Shown here: piece by piece, positions 39,720 through 49,645 of the stretch
How the letters are laid out: every line of letters begins with the position of its first letter
Numbering within the stretch: the first letter of the stretch is position 1
Assembly: GCA_965277285.1 (NCBI GenBank)
Contig: OZ255721.1
Coordinates: 2,496,001-2,560,000 of the forward strand
DNA: 64,000 bases
Source of the DNA: Abditibacteriaceae bacterium
GTDB lineage: Bacteria > Armatimonadota > Abditibacteriia > Abditibacteriales > Abditibacteriaceae
Direction of reading: 5' to 3'
Program-made: the position numbers and the translations under genes
Notes under the pieces: model-generated
What the model saw: the letters and a program-made list of their open reading frames with translations, nothing else
The model's database searches: none
What the model was told of the DNA's origin: nothing

Positions 39720-40193
39720 TCAATTTGTTTCAACATAGACCCACTGCAGGCGTGGTTCGACAATTTGCTTTGGAACAAGAGCGAAATAAATCTTTTGCTC
39801 CTTTGTTAATTTGCCTGTGATTGTCACAGTATCTTCGCCAAACAAATCGTTATGCCTTGTCACCGTTATGGGTTTAATTTGGTAAAGCCAAATAAGTGTT
39901 GTGGACTCTTCGTCGTAATTCTTTAAATTGGGAACAAGGTCTTTGAAGTCCACAGGAAACTGCTGAGACAATATGCCGCCGTTACAACCGCTTCCTGCAC
40001 AGGGGCCTTCCGATACAACAAAATTTCTCGTCATGAGGCTGACGTTAAACGCCTCTTCGACTTTAGCTGTTTGGACATAGACTTGTTGTATTTTGAACGA
40101 AATTTGTTGCGGGCGACACGCGTTAACGATAAGCGGCCAAGCCATCGAAGCGAACACCAATACAACCAAACCAACAAGGAGCCACGTCCACAT
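39720..40193 (-). CDS. Hypothetical membrane-anchored protein, AT-richer than its neighbours
   Basis: N-terminal TM; clean ORF. Confidence 0.55.
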   Translation of the reverse strand: MWTWLLVGLVVLVFASMAWPLIVNACRPQQISFKIQQVYVQTAKVEEAFNVSLMTRNFVVSEGPCAGSGCNGGILSQQFPVDFKDLVPNLKNYDEESTTLIWLYQIKPITVTRHNDLFGEDTVTITGKLTKEQKIYFALVPKQIVEPRLQWVYVETN

Positions 40194-40315
40194 CTTCTGA
40201 TTTTTCACATTTAAATTATTGCACACGTCAGACTATTGTGTTGCGGTAGAACAACCGTTTAAGCATCAGATAACGCGATAAAAAGTTTCGCCAATATCGA
40301 GTACTCAATTGCGGT

Positions 40316-40374
40316 TTAAATAATTTTCTTCAAGTTCTTAATCTTTTCTTAATGTCCGCTTAACGCAGGTTTAA
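40316..40374 (+). promoter_or_regulatory. Putative Pho box (11-bp phased TTAA direct repeats)
   Basis: TTAA at 40316, 40338, 40349, 40360 and 40371, upstream of the porin. Confidence 0.7.
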
Positions 40375-40514
40375 GAACGCTGTCGCACAATGGAAACCGA
40401 AAAACGATAACCTGCCACTCGTTTTAGGGCGAACGCGGTTGACCCTGCAAGATGGGAATTGCGGTTTAGCGCCGAAAAAAGTGCGACAGGATCGGATATT
40501 TTCAGGAGAATTTT

Positions 40515-41882
40515 GTGAATCGTAACACCATGAGACATAAAGCTATTAGGCACAAAGCTATTGTCAGCGGCTTGTTCGCTGTGGCGGCTTTGACCGTTAT
40601 TGGCGGTCGTCCGGCGCACGCGCAGAACAGTGAAACCGAAGCGTTGCGCGCCGAAATCGAAGCTTTAACAGCGCGCCTGGACAAATTGGAAAAGGCGCAA
40701 ACCACTTCAACCGCCGCCAATAAAGCCGCGCCGCCCGCGACCACCAAATTGCCGATCACGATTTCGGGTTTGCTGCAAGCGCAATATGGCACGTTCAGCG
40801 GCGAGAGCGGATTGTCATTTCCGCGTCAGCAAAGCACGTTTCGTTTGCGCCGCGCCGAAATTCGCCTGACGGCGCCCGCCATTACCGACCGCATCAGCGG
40901 AACCGTGATGTTCGATCCGGCGCGCGGCGTTTCCAGCAGCGCCGCAGCAGGACAGCAAACGCTGACCACCAGCCAGAGCATTTTGCAAGAATTGCAGATT
41001 TCTTACTTGCTGAAGAAAGCGACGCCGCAAGTCGGCACGCCAACGCAGGCCGGTGCTCCCATTCCGACGCCATTTCCCGACAACATCTACATTGATGTTG
41101 GTCAGTTCAAATTGCCAATTGGTTATGAAGGCGATCAAGTTTCTGCCAGCGCCATTCAAACCATTGAAAAGGCGTTGTTGTTCCGCGTGCGAGACTTCAA
41201 TGGCGGCGGACGCGGCGAAGTGCGCGATACGGGTCTCCAGTTGCGCGGCACGCTGGGCGGCAATCTTGATTATCGTTTGGGCGTCTTCAACGGCTTGGGC
41301 GAGCGCCAGGATTTGTTAGCGACCGGCAACGCCAAAGCGGTTATCGCGCGTTTGTTGTATCGCCCGACGGGGCTGCCTGGTTTGGCGGTTGGTGTCAGCG
41401 GCGCGCAGGGCAACACCAACGTCGCGCAAACCACTGCGACTGGCATTCAAGGTCGCTTCAATCGCAACATTGTCACGGCGTTCGCGGTTTACAAGAACGA
41501 CAAAATCACTTTCCAGAACGAGTATGGAAGCGGACACGACCAGAATCAAACGCTGGGCTTGATTGGCGCAGCGGCGCGCGAACGCAAGTTCGACTCGTAT
41601 TACAGCAGTTTGGGTTATTTGTTCACGCCGAAAATCGAAGGCGTTCTGCGCTACGATTACTTCCGCTTCGACCGCAACATCAACAATAGCGATGTGCGCG
41701 AACTGACGGCGGGTATCAACTATTACCTGCGCGGCAACAACGCCAAAATTCAGGCCAACATCGTGCGCGTCGAAGGCGGCAAAGGCCTGACCGCAGCCAA
41801 TGGTTTCGGCGGCGGCGGCTCGGGACAAGGCTTCCAGAACACGCGCACCGAGTTCCGCGTGCAAGGCCAGGTCGCGTTCTAA
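40515..41882 (+). CDS. Phosphate-selective porin (OprO/OprP-like)
   Basis: Signal peptide, coiled-coil, FRLRRAEI, GQFKLP, RDTG, beta-strands, terminal Phe; first gene of the pst cluster. Confidence 0.8.
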   Translation: MNRNTMRHKAIRHKAIVSGLFAVAALTVIGGRPAHAQNSETEALRAEIEALTARLDKLEKAQTTSTAANKAAPPATTKLPITISGLLQAQYGTFSGESGLSFPRQQSTFRLRRAEIRLTAPAITDRISGTVMFDPARGVSSSAAAGQQTLTTSQSILQELQISYLLKKATPQVGTPTQAGAPIPTPFPDNIYIDVGQFKLPIGYEGDQVSASAIQTIEKALLFRVRDFNGGGRGEVRDTGLQLRGTLGGNLDYRLGVFNGLGERQDLLATGNAKAVIARLLYRPTGLPGLAVGVSGAQGNTNVAQTTATGIQGRFNRNIVTAFAVYKNDKITFQNEYGSGHDQNQTLGLIGAAARERKFDSYYSSLGYLFTPKIEGVLRYDYFRFDRNINNSDVRELTAGINYYLRGNNAKIQANIVRVEGGKGLTAANGFGGGGSGQGFQNTRTEFRVQGQVAF

Positions 41883-41935
41883 ACTGCGTTCAAAACCGCT
41901 GAACAATCTGGCTCATATCGCCTATCGAGTACTCG

Positions 41936-41970
41936 AAACGGTTTCCTCTTCATTGAGGAAGCCGTTTTTT
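41936..41970 (+). terminator. Intrinsic terminator after the porin
   Basis: AAACGGTTTCCTC-loop-GAGGAAGCCGTTTTTT. Confidence 0.7.
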
Positions 41971-42001
41971 GTTGTCTGAAATGAGCATATCATGCGCAGA
42001 A

Positions 42002-42038
42002 TTAACCTGATCTTCAACCGTTCTTAAGTCACTGTTAA
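42002..42038 (+). promoter_or_regulatory. Putative Pho box upstream of the first pstS
   Basis: TTAA 42002, TTCA 42013, TTAA 42024, TTAA 42035 (11-bp period). Confidence 0.7.
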
Positions 42039-42123
42039 TGTGCGTTGGCTAACGTTCAAGAAACAACTTCGGGCGCAATCGAAACGATTTCGCTTGAAAA
42101 AACAAGCGTGGAGATAATTCGAG

Positions 42124-43170
42124 ATGACTAAGAGCAATTGGAAAGTGGCTTTACGCCGCACAACGCTGGGCATGACGCTGGCTGCGGTCGCCACTGGCGC
42201 GACGTTGAGCACGACAACTGTGGCCAAAGCGGTGCCGTTGACGGGCGCCGGTTCGACCTTCATTTATCCTTTGATGGCGAAGTGGGCGGATGTCTTCGGG
42301 CGCCAGACCGGAACGCAGATCAATTATCAGTCGGTCGGCAGCGGCGCTGGCATCAAGCAACTGAAAAATAATACCGTCGATTTTGGTGCCAGCGATGCGC
42401 CTTTGAGCAACGCCGACTTGCGCACCATGCCGGGCAACGTCGTGCAGGTTCCCGCCGCTTCGGGTGCGGTCGCAGTGATTTATAATGGCCTGCCGCGCGG
42501 ATTGCGCTTGAGCGGACCAGTTTTGACGAATATCTTTTTGGGACAAATCACGCGCTGGAACGATGCGCAGATCGCTGGTTTGAACCCGGGAATGCGCTTG
42601 CCAGGTCGCCCGATTTCGGTTGCGCATCGCAGCGACGGCAGCGGCACCAGCTTTATTTTCACCAACTACCTGAAGTCGGTCAGTCCGGCTTGGGCGCGCC
42701 AGGTCGGCGCCGGTAAAAGCGTGTCGTGGCCTGTCGGTTTGGGCGGCAAGGGCAGCGATGGCGTGGCCGGCATCGTCCAGCAGACGCCGGGCAGCATCGG
42801 CTATGTCGAGCTGAGCTACGCGATCCAGAACCACCTGCCGTATGCCTCACTGCGCAATCGTTCGGGTCGTTTTGTGGCGCCGAATGTGGCCGGCGTCACA
42901 TCAGCGGCGGCGGCTTCATCGGGAGCGCTGCAACGCGATGTCCGCTCGCTCATCGTCAACGCGCCGGGCGCCGACTCGTATCCGATTGCGGGCTTCACGT
43001 ACATTCTTCTCTATCAAAACCAGAACAACAAAGCCAAAGGCCAAACGCTCTTGCGCTTCCTCAACTGGGCGATGGGACCAGGACAAGCCTTCGCGCGCCC
43101 GCTTTATTATGCGCCACTGCCACAATCGGTCAAGCGCATCAACGCCATGAAACTGCACAGCGTTCGCTAA
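42124..43170 (+). CDS. pstS: Phosphate ABC transporter substrate-binding protein (cleavable signal)
   Basis: GAGSTF, YQSVGSGAG, DFGASD, HRSDGSGT and GYVE motifs. Confidence 0.95.
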   Translation: MTKSNWKVALRRTTLGMTLAAVATGATLSTTTVAKAVPLTGAGSTFIYPLMAKWADVFGRQTGTQINYQSVGSGAGIKQLKNNTVDFGASDAPLSNADLRTMPGNVVQVPAASGAVAVIYNGLPRGLRLSGPVLTNIFLGQITRWNDAQIAGLNPGMRLPGRPISVAHRSDGSGTSFIFTNYLKSVSPAWARQVGAGKSVSWPVGLGGKGSDGVAGIVQQTPGSIGYVELSYAIQNHLPYASLRNRSGRFVAPNVAGVTSAAAASSGALQRDVRSLIVNAPGADSYPIAGFTYILLYQNQNNKAKGQTLLRFLNWAMGPGQAFARPLYYAPLPQSVKRINAMKLHSVR

Positions 43171-43255
43171 AAGCGTTCGCTAAGACAGGCCAAACACAAC
43201 GCAAACGCCGCATCGAGTACTCGAATTGGTACTTGATGCGGCGTTTGTCGCTTCT

Positions 43256-43292
43256 TTAACACAACTTCAAGACGTTCTTAAAAAACTCTTAA
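43256..43292 (+). promoter_or_regulatory. Putative Pho box upstream of the second pstS
   Basis: TTAA 43256, TCAA 43267, TTAA 43278, TTAA 43289 (11-bp period). Confidence 0.65.
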
Positions 43293-43373
43293 ACTTGGCG
43301 TGATTACATTAAAGATGGTAACAGCAATTTGACGGAATGATGGACGTTAAGCAAACGGAGAATTTCACGACAG

Positions 43374-44486
43374 ATGAAATCGATTTATTGGCAGGCCAGT
43401 GCAGCCCTTTTGACGGGCGTCGTTTTGATGGGCGGTTGCGGCGGCAACAGCAGCAGTTCGGATAACACAGCGGGCGGCGGAAGCAGCACCTCGAACGCGA
43501 CGACAAGCACCACCTCGACCTCGGCGAGCAGCGGCAGCGCGAAATTGACGGGCGCCGGTTCGACCTTTATCTACCCGCTGATGACGAAGTGGGTCGATAC
43601 CTACAAGCAAAAGAACGGTTTGGAAATCAACTATCAGTCGGTTGGTAGCGGCGCTGGCATCAAGCAATTGAAAAGCAACACCGTCGATTTCGGCGCGACC
43701 GACGTGCCTTTGGATGACAAAGCCGCCAAAGAAATGCCGTCGGATGTGGCGCAGATTCCAGTTACGGCGGGCGCGGTTGCCGTGGTTTACAACGTGCCAG
43801 GCGTCGACAAACTGAAATTGAACGGCGCGGTTCTGGCCGATATTTTTCTGGGCAATATCACGCACTGGAACGATCCGAAAATTGCTGCCCTCAACGCGGG
43901 CGCCAAACTTCCTGCGACAGCGATCACGGTCGCGCATCGCAGCGATGGCAGCGGCACGACCAATATCTTCACGACATATTTGAAAGCTGTCAGCCCTGAA
44001 TGGTCGACTAAAGTCGGCGCCGGTAAAAGCGTGGCGTGGCCAGTCGGCAACGGTGGCAAAGGCAACGACGGCGTGGCTTCGACGGTGCAAGGAACGGCGG
44101 GCGCCATCGGTTATGTCGAACTGGCGTATGCCAACAATCCGCAGCATAAAATGGCGTATGCCTCGATGCAAAATCCGGCCGGACAATTCGTCGATCCCAC
44201 GGTAGACGGTACAGCTTCTGCGGTCGCTGATGCTGCCGACGCGCTGGCCAAAGACATTCGCACGCCGATTGTCAACGGCAAGGGCGCCAAAAGCTACCCG
44301 ATTTCCGGCATGACGTATTTGCTGATTTACAAGGCGCAGCGCGACGCCGCCAAAGGCAAAGACTTGACGGGCTTTGTGAAATGGGCGCTGACCGATGGCC
44401 AAAGCATGGCCAAAGATTTGAGCTATGCACCGTTGCCCGATGCCCTCGTTAAACTGGATCAAGCCGCAATTGATGGCGTGAAATAA
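43374..44486 (+). CDS. pstS: Phosphate ABC transporter substrate-binding lipoprotein
   Basis: Lipobox-like LMGGC, Ser/Thr linker, and the same PstS motifs. Confidence 0.95.
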   Translation: MKSIYWQASAALLTGVVLMGGCGGNSSSSDNTAGGGSSTSNATTSTTSTSASSGSAKLTGAGSTFIYPLMTKWVDTYKQKNGLEINYQSVGSGAGIKQLKSNTVDFGATDVPLDDKAAKEMPSDVAQIPVTAGAVAVVYNVPGVDKLKLNGAVLADIFLGNITHWNDPKIAALNAGAKLPATAITVAHRSDGSGTTNIFTTYLKAVSPEWSTKVGAGKSVAWPVGNGGKGNDGVASTVQGTAGAIGYVELAYANNPQHKMAYASMQNPAGQFVDPTVDGTASAVADAADALAKDIRTPIVNGKGAKSYPISGMTYLLIYKAQRDAAKGKDLTGFVKWALTDGQSMAKDLSYAPLPDALVKLDQAAIDGVK

Positions 44487-44573
44487 GCCGCTTCGTCTTG
44501 CCGGGACATGACCTGTCATGTCCCGACAAAGCGCTGCTTTGATCGAGTACTCAATTCTGTTTTCGTTTTTCTT

Positions 44574-45653
44574 ATGGCCAGCGAAACTTATTCTCCCGCG
44601 CCCGTTTCTACGCCACCTGAACGCCAGAGTTTGATGGGGCGCGGCGGTTTTCTGGGCAACAATTTCGGCGATAAACTATTTTATTGGGGCACCTTGGCGT
44701 TCGCCGCGACGGTTCTGGTGATCACCATTGCCATTGGTTGGCGCCTTTATCAAATGTCCTCGCCTGCGATTCATACTTACGGCGGCAAGTTCCTGACGAC
44801 CACGAAATGGGACCCGAACGCAGGTACCGACGGCGAATATGCGGGCGCTTGGCCTTATATTTATGGCACGCTGGTTTCCAGCGGTCTGGCGCTTTTGCTG
44901 GCGGTTCCCATCGGCCTGGGAACAGCGATTTTTCTGGCCGAACTCGCGCCCAAATGGATGCGTTCGCCGCTGGGTTTCATGGTTGAATTGCTGGCTGCCG
45001 TGCCCAGCGTGGTTTATGGTTTGTGGGGTCGCCTTGTCATGGTTCCATGGCTGCAAACCAAACAGGCGTGGATGAGCGATACGGGCTACAATTCGCTGGA
45101 TGCGCTGGAAAAACATCTGGTTCACCTGACCGGCATCAAAGCGTTTTCGACCTATGGATTGTCGCATTTAATTGACGGCGCGCCGACCGGACAAAGCATG
45201 ATGGCGGGCGCGCTCGTCTTGGCGATTATGGTGTTGCCGTTTATCACCGCCGTATCGCGCGAAGTCATCAAAGCCGTGCCGCCGACGCAGCGCGAAGCGG
45301 CTTTCGGTTTGGGCGCGACTCGCTGGGAAGCGATTCGCAGTCCGGTTTTACGTTACGCGCGCTCGGGCATTATCGGCGCGATTATTTTAGGCTTGGCGCG
45401 CGCTCTGGGTGAAACGATGGCGATTACAATGGTCATCGGCAATGCTGATAAAGCATCGGCTTCGCTCCTCTCGCCTGCCGCGACTTTGGCTTCCAAACTG
45501 GCCAACGAATTTGGCGAAGCACAAGGCGGACAACTCGATTCTCTGATGTATCTGGCGCTGGTTTTGTTCGGCATCACAATTGTTGTCAATGCCTTCGCGC
45601 GCTTGCTGATCTGGAATATGTCGCGCAGCATGAAAGGCGCGGCACGCGAGTAA
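44574..45653 (+). CDS. pstC: Phosphate ABC transporter permease PstC
   Basis: ELLAAVPSVVYGLWG, EAAFGLGATRWE and RALGETMA motifs. Confidence 0.95.
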   Translation: MASETYSPAPVSTPPERQSLMGRGGFLGNNFGDKLFYWGTLAFAATVLVITIAIGWRLYQMSSPAIHTYGGKFLTTTKWDPNAGTDGEYAGAWPYIYGTLVSSGLALLLAVPIGLGTAIFLAELAPKWMRSPLGFMVELLAAVPSVVYGLWGRLVMVPWLQTKQAWMSDTGYNSLDALEKHLVHLTGIKAFSTYGLSHLIDGAPTGQSMMAGALVLAIMVLPFITAVSREVIKAVPPTQREAAFGLGATRWEAIRSPVLRYARSGIIGAIILGLARALGETMAITMVIGNADKASASLLSPAATLASKLANEFGEAQGGQLDSLMYLALVLFGITIVVNAFARLLIWNMSRSMKGAARE

Positions 45654-45665
45654 AATGTGTTGCGA

Positions 45666-45865
45666 ATGAAAGTAAGAGTTCGTCATTCTGCGTGATTGTA
45701 GAGAAGTGCAGAAAAGCCCGGAAGTAGAACTTTGTCATTCTGAGTGCAGCGAAGAATCTATATGCGAAGTCAGATTCTTCGCTGCACTCAGAATGACAAA
45801 GTGCGAGTTTGATGGCGTTTTCCCACTTTTACACACTCTCATAATGACAAACTCTTACTTTCATT
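45666..45865. repeat. About 200-bp extended family A element between pstC and pstA
   Basis: Outer IR AATGAAAGTAAGAGTT.GTCATT / AATGAC.AACTCTTACTTTCATT encloses the family A hairpin. Related outer arms flank the copies at about 5095, 19985-20040 and 34030-34090. Confidence 0.8.
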
Positions 45866-45956
45866 AGGTGAGTCTTAGATTCATTGGGTGAGATTGAAGA
45901 ATTGAAAAGACGGCTCATATCTAACGCGAGTTGTTTGATTTCGAGTACTCGATACT

Positions 45957-46865
45957 ATGTCTCAAGCTTCACTGGCAACGAAAAAATCTTTGGTGCAATC
46001 GGGCGGCGATGTACGCTTGATGCGGCGCAAGTTCGCCAACATTTTGATGTGGTGTTTTGCGACGTTTGCGACGTTTCTGGCGGTCGTGCCGCTGGTTCTG
46101 GTGCTTTATTATGTGACGAGTCAGGGCATCAAAGTCCTCAACGTCGGTTTCTTCACGCAAACGCAGCCGGAGCCGGGCCTCACGCACGGAGGCGGCATGG
46201 GACACGCCATCCTGGGCTCGCTGATGATGATTGCCATCGCATCAATCATCGGCTTGCCGCTGGGCATTCTGGGCGGCATTTATCTGTCGGAGTTCGGCAA
46301 CAATCGTTTTGGCGGCATCGTGCGTTTTGCGGCGGATGTGTTAAACGGCGTTCCTTCGATTGTGATTGGCATTTTCGTTTACACGGTCGCGGTTTTGCCG
46401 GTAACGAAAGCGACGCACGGCGAAGTCTCATTTTCGGCTTGGGCGGGCGGTTTGGCGCTGGGCATTATGATGGTGCCGACGATCATGCGCACGACCGAAG
46501 AAATCGTCAAACTGGTGCCGATGTCGATGCGCGAAGCGGCGCTGGCATTGGGCGCGACGCGTTGGCGCGCAGTGTTCAAAATTGTCTTAAACTCGGCCAA
46601 AGGCGGCATCATCACCGGCGTTTTGCTGGCGGTGGCGCGCATTTCGGGCGAAACCGCGCCGCTGCTTTTTACGGCTCTGGGCAACAACTTTTTCAGTCAC
46701 AATCCGAACGGCCCGATGGCTTCGTTGCCGGTGACGATTTTTAACTTTGCCACCAGCGCCGACGATCATTGGAAAGCCCTGGCTTGGGGCGGCTCGTTCG
46801 TTTTAGTGGCGATGATTGCGATTTTGAGTTTGGCGGCGCGCCACTTCACGCGCGTTCGCAGGTAA
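45957..46865 (+). CDS. pstA: Phosphate ABC transporter permease PstA
   Basis: [20 protein letters not shown] and [10 protein letters not shown] motifs. Confidence 0.95.
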   Translation: MSQASLATKKSLVQSGGDVRLMRRKFANILMWCFATFATFLAVVPLVLVLYYVTSQGIKVLNVGFFTQTQPEPGLTHGGGMGHAILGSLMMIAIASIIGLPLGILGGIYLSEFGNNRFGGIVRFAADVLNGVPSIVIGIFVYTVAVLPVTKATHGEVSFSAWAGGLALGIMMVPTIMRTTEEIVKLVPMSMREAALALGATRWRAVFKIVLNSAKGGIITGVLLAVARISGETAPLLFTALGNNFFSHNPNGPMASLPVTIFNFATSADDHWKALAWGGSFVLVAMIAILSLAARHFTRVRR

Positions 46866-46926
46866 GGAATTTCGAGTACTCGATGTGCGCTCGCGGCGTT
46901 CGATTGACGTTGCAAGAGAGGCTTTT

Positions 46927-47979
46927 ATGCTGAAAGAACCCAAGACTTCACAAAGCGAAGCGAATTTGCAAAATGGCCAAAGCAGCGCCGATTTGAACGG
47001 CAACGCGCCTGCGGCCTCAGTTTTATCGGCGGGCGCGCCTCGTGTTGCTTTGCCGGATGACGCGACGCCATCAACGGAGAACGCCGCAGCACCGCGTGGC
47101 GAAACCAGTTCGTATATGGCGACGCGCAGTGCAAACGGAGTTGCGGCGCCGCGCATTCAAGTGCGCACCTTGCCGCATTCTTCTCCACAAGACATCAAAG
47201 CTGCGGAAAACGCGCAGGCGAGCGCGCCGACCAAAATGGAAACGCGCGATCTGAACTTGCATTACGGCCCGAAGCACGCATTGAAAAGCATTTCGGCCAA
47301 ATTGCCCGAAGGCTCGATTACCGCGCTGATCGGCCCGTCGGGTTGCGGTAAATCGACGTTTTTGCGTTGTCTCAATCGCATGAACGATCTTATCGAAGGC
47401 TGCAAAATCACTGGCGATGTTTCGCTGGACGGCGAGAACATTTATCAGCGAGGCGTCGATGTCGTCAATTTGCGCCAGCGTGTCGGCATGGTTTTTCAAA
47501 AGCCGAACCCGTTTCCGATGAGCATCTTCGACAACATCGCGTATGGCCCGCGTTTGCGCGGCATCAAAAACCGCAACACCTTGAGCGAAATCGTCGAGAC
47601 GAGTTTGCAGGGTGCGGCCTTGTGGGACGAAGTCAAAGACGAATTGAAGAAAAGTGCGCTGTCGCTGTCGGGCGGACAGCAGCAACGCTTGTGCATTGCA
47701 CGCGCGCTGGCGACCAAACCCGAAGTCGTTTTGATGGATGAACCAGCGTCCGCGCTCGACCCGATTTCGACGCTAAAAATCGAGGAACTGATGCGCGAAT
47801 TGCGCGAACAATACACGATTGTCATCGTGACGCACAATATGCAGCAGGCCGCGCGCGTTTCCGACAGCACCGGCTTTTTCCTGATGGGCGAACTGGTCGA
47901 ACTGGACGCCACGGCGCGTATCTTCACGGACCCGCAAGATAAAAGAACGGAAGATTACATCACGGGACGCTTCGGTTAA
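46927..47979 (+). CDS. pstB: Phosphate ABC transporter ATPase PstB, with a long N-terminal extension
   Basis: [28 protein letters not shown] and YITGRFG motifs; start codon uncertain. Confidence 0.95.
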   Translation: MLKEPKTSQSEANLQNGQSSADLNGNAPAASVLSAGAPRVALPDDATPSTENAAAPRGETSSYMATRSANGVAAPRIQVRTLPHSSPQDIKAAENAQASAPTKMETRDLNLHYGPKHALKSISAKLPEGSITALIGPSGCGKSTFLRCLNRMNDLIEGCKITGDVSLDGENIYQRGVDVVNLRQRVGMVFQKPNPFPMSIFDNIAYGPRLRGIKNRNTLSEIVETSLQGAALWDEVKDELKKSALSLSGGQQQRLCIARALATKPEVVLMDEPASALDPISTLKIEELMRELREQYTIVIVTHNMQQAARVSDSTGFFLMGELVELDATARIFTDPQDKRTEDYITGRFG

Positions 47980-48097
47980 AACGTTCCGGTTGTCGATTGT
48001 TTTTCATGCGAACAGTTCCCAGGATTCGATTATAATTGCGCTGTATCTATTTTTTGCTCCCGTTCGTTTCAAAGCGCCGAGCCAAAGGAGAAACGCC

Positions 48098-48430
48098 ATG
48101 AAGAACGTGAAGACCGCCGTTTGGAAAAGCAGCCTGACGATGGCTGTCGTCGCAACATCGTTTGGGTTGTTCGGCTTGGGCGACGCCGCGCACGCGACAG
48201 AAGTTGTCGCGCCGACATCGAGTACTCGAAACGTTGCCGTGACCGCGTTCGATGCGATGAACGCGCTGTCTACCAACGAGGCGACGTGCTATCGCCATTA
48301 TTACCGCCGTATTTATTACCGCCGTGTTTATTACCGCCGTCCGCGTCATGTGCGTTATCTGGGTAGCCGCATTATGCGCTATCGTGGCCGCTTGTATCGC
48401 GTTCGCTATTATCGCCGCACACGTTATTAA
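48098..48430 (+). CDS. Small secreted protein with an Arg/Tyr-rich C-terminus
   Basis: AAGGAG RBS, signal peptide ending AHA, (YYRR)n tail. Confidence 0.75.
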   Translation: MKNVKTAVWKSSLTMAVVATSFGLFGLGDAAHATEVVAPTSSTRNVAVTAFDAMNALSTNEATCYRHYYRRIYYRRVYYRRPRHVRYLGSRIMRYRGRLYRVRYYRRTRY

Positions 48431-48527
48431 AATGTAGAAAATACGATGAGCCGCGCGAAAAACGGTTCGTGCGGCTCATCGTGTGACCGTGTTGTATCAG
48501 ATCGTTTTGAGTTGTTTCGAGGTCATC

Positions 48528-49295
48528 ATGAACATTCGCCGCACATTTGAAGAACAATTGTCCGAGTTGCAAAACGATTTGCTGCGTTTGGGTCGCTTCG
48601 TTGAAGAAGCGCTGGGCAAGGCGCTGGATGCTCTGGTGCGCCAAGATTTGGCGCTGGCCAAGCAAGTCGTGGACGACGACGATTTCGCAGATGACATGAA
48701 CTTCGGCATTCAAACGCGCGCCATGCAATTGTTGGCGCTGCAGCAACCGATGGCGCGCGATCTTCGCGTCGTCGGCTCGAGTTTGCGCATCGTCATCGAC
48801 CTGGAGCGCATCGGCGATCACGCAGTGGACATCGCCAAAGTCGCGCGCAGCTTGGCCGGACAATCGTATTTTAAGCCATTGGTCGACATCCCGCGTCTGG
48901 GTGTGCTATCGCGCAAGATGGTGTCCGATTCGTTGCAAGCGTTTGTAGCGCATGATCTGGAGAAAGCGCTCCAAGTGGCGCGCGACGATGACGCGGTGGA
49001 CGACCTTTGCGACCGCCTGCAAAACGAACTGATCGATCAAATGCGCAACGATCCGTCTCTCGTCGAGCAGGCGACGCGCTTGTTGCTGGTGGCTCGCGTC
49101 CTTGAACGCACAGCGGATCACGCGACCAATATCGCCGAACAGATTTACTATGTTGAAACCGGCGAAATGCGCCAGTTGGGACGCGTCGATAATCTCAACG
49201 AACATCATGACAGCGAAACCGTCAGCCGCGACGCCGATATTCCAGGCATTATGCCTTCGTTAAACGGCAATTCTTCGGGCGTCCAATCGCATTAA
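48528..49295 (+). CDS. phoU: Phosphate signalling protein PhoU
   Basis: QPMARDLR, DLERIGDHA and LERTADHATNIAE motifs. Confidence 0.95.
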   Translation: MNIRRTFEEQLSELQNDLLRLGRFVEEALGKALDALVRQDLALAKQVVDDDDFADDMNFGIQTRAMQLLALQQPMARDLRVVGSSLRIVIDLERIGDHAVDIAKVARSLAGQSYFKPLVDIPRLGVLSRKMVSDSLQAFVAHDLEKALQVARDDDAVDDLCDRLQNELIDQMRNDPSLVEQATRLLLVARVLERTADHATNIAEQIYYVETGEMRQLGRVDNLNEHHDSETVSRDADIPGIMPSLNGNSSGVQSH

Positions 49296-49320
49296 ACCCA
49301 ATTCGAGTACTCGATTCGGC

Positions 49321-49350
49321 AAAGACCGGCTTCCCCAAGCTGGTCTTTTT
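49321..49350 (+). terminator. Intrinsic terminator after phoU
   Basis: AAAGACCGGCTT-cccc-AAGCTGGTCTTTTT. Confidence 0.7.
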
Positions 49351-49645
49351 GCGTTGTGATTGACCTTTTCCATGGCGCGCCTGTTATCATGGAAATGGAG
49401 TATTTGACGAGGCACAAGAATCGTCTGGTGAAGTTCAACGCGCCACCAGAACCCCAAACGTGAGTGAGGGGCTAACGCATCAGCAACTCAGCAAATAACG
49501 ACGAGCCAGGTAGATGAGAAGCGGATGTAACGGCAACTTAGCCCCTCACTCACGTTCGGGGTTCTGGTGGCTTTCTTTTGCTAACTGTTACAAGATATTT
49601 CACCGGTCGTTAGTGCTCGATACTTCCAATTTCAAGGAAAAAATT

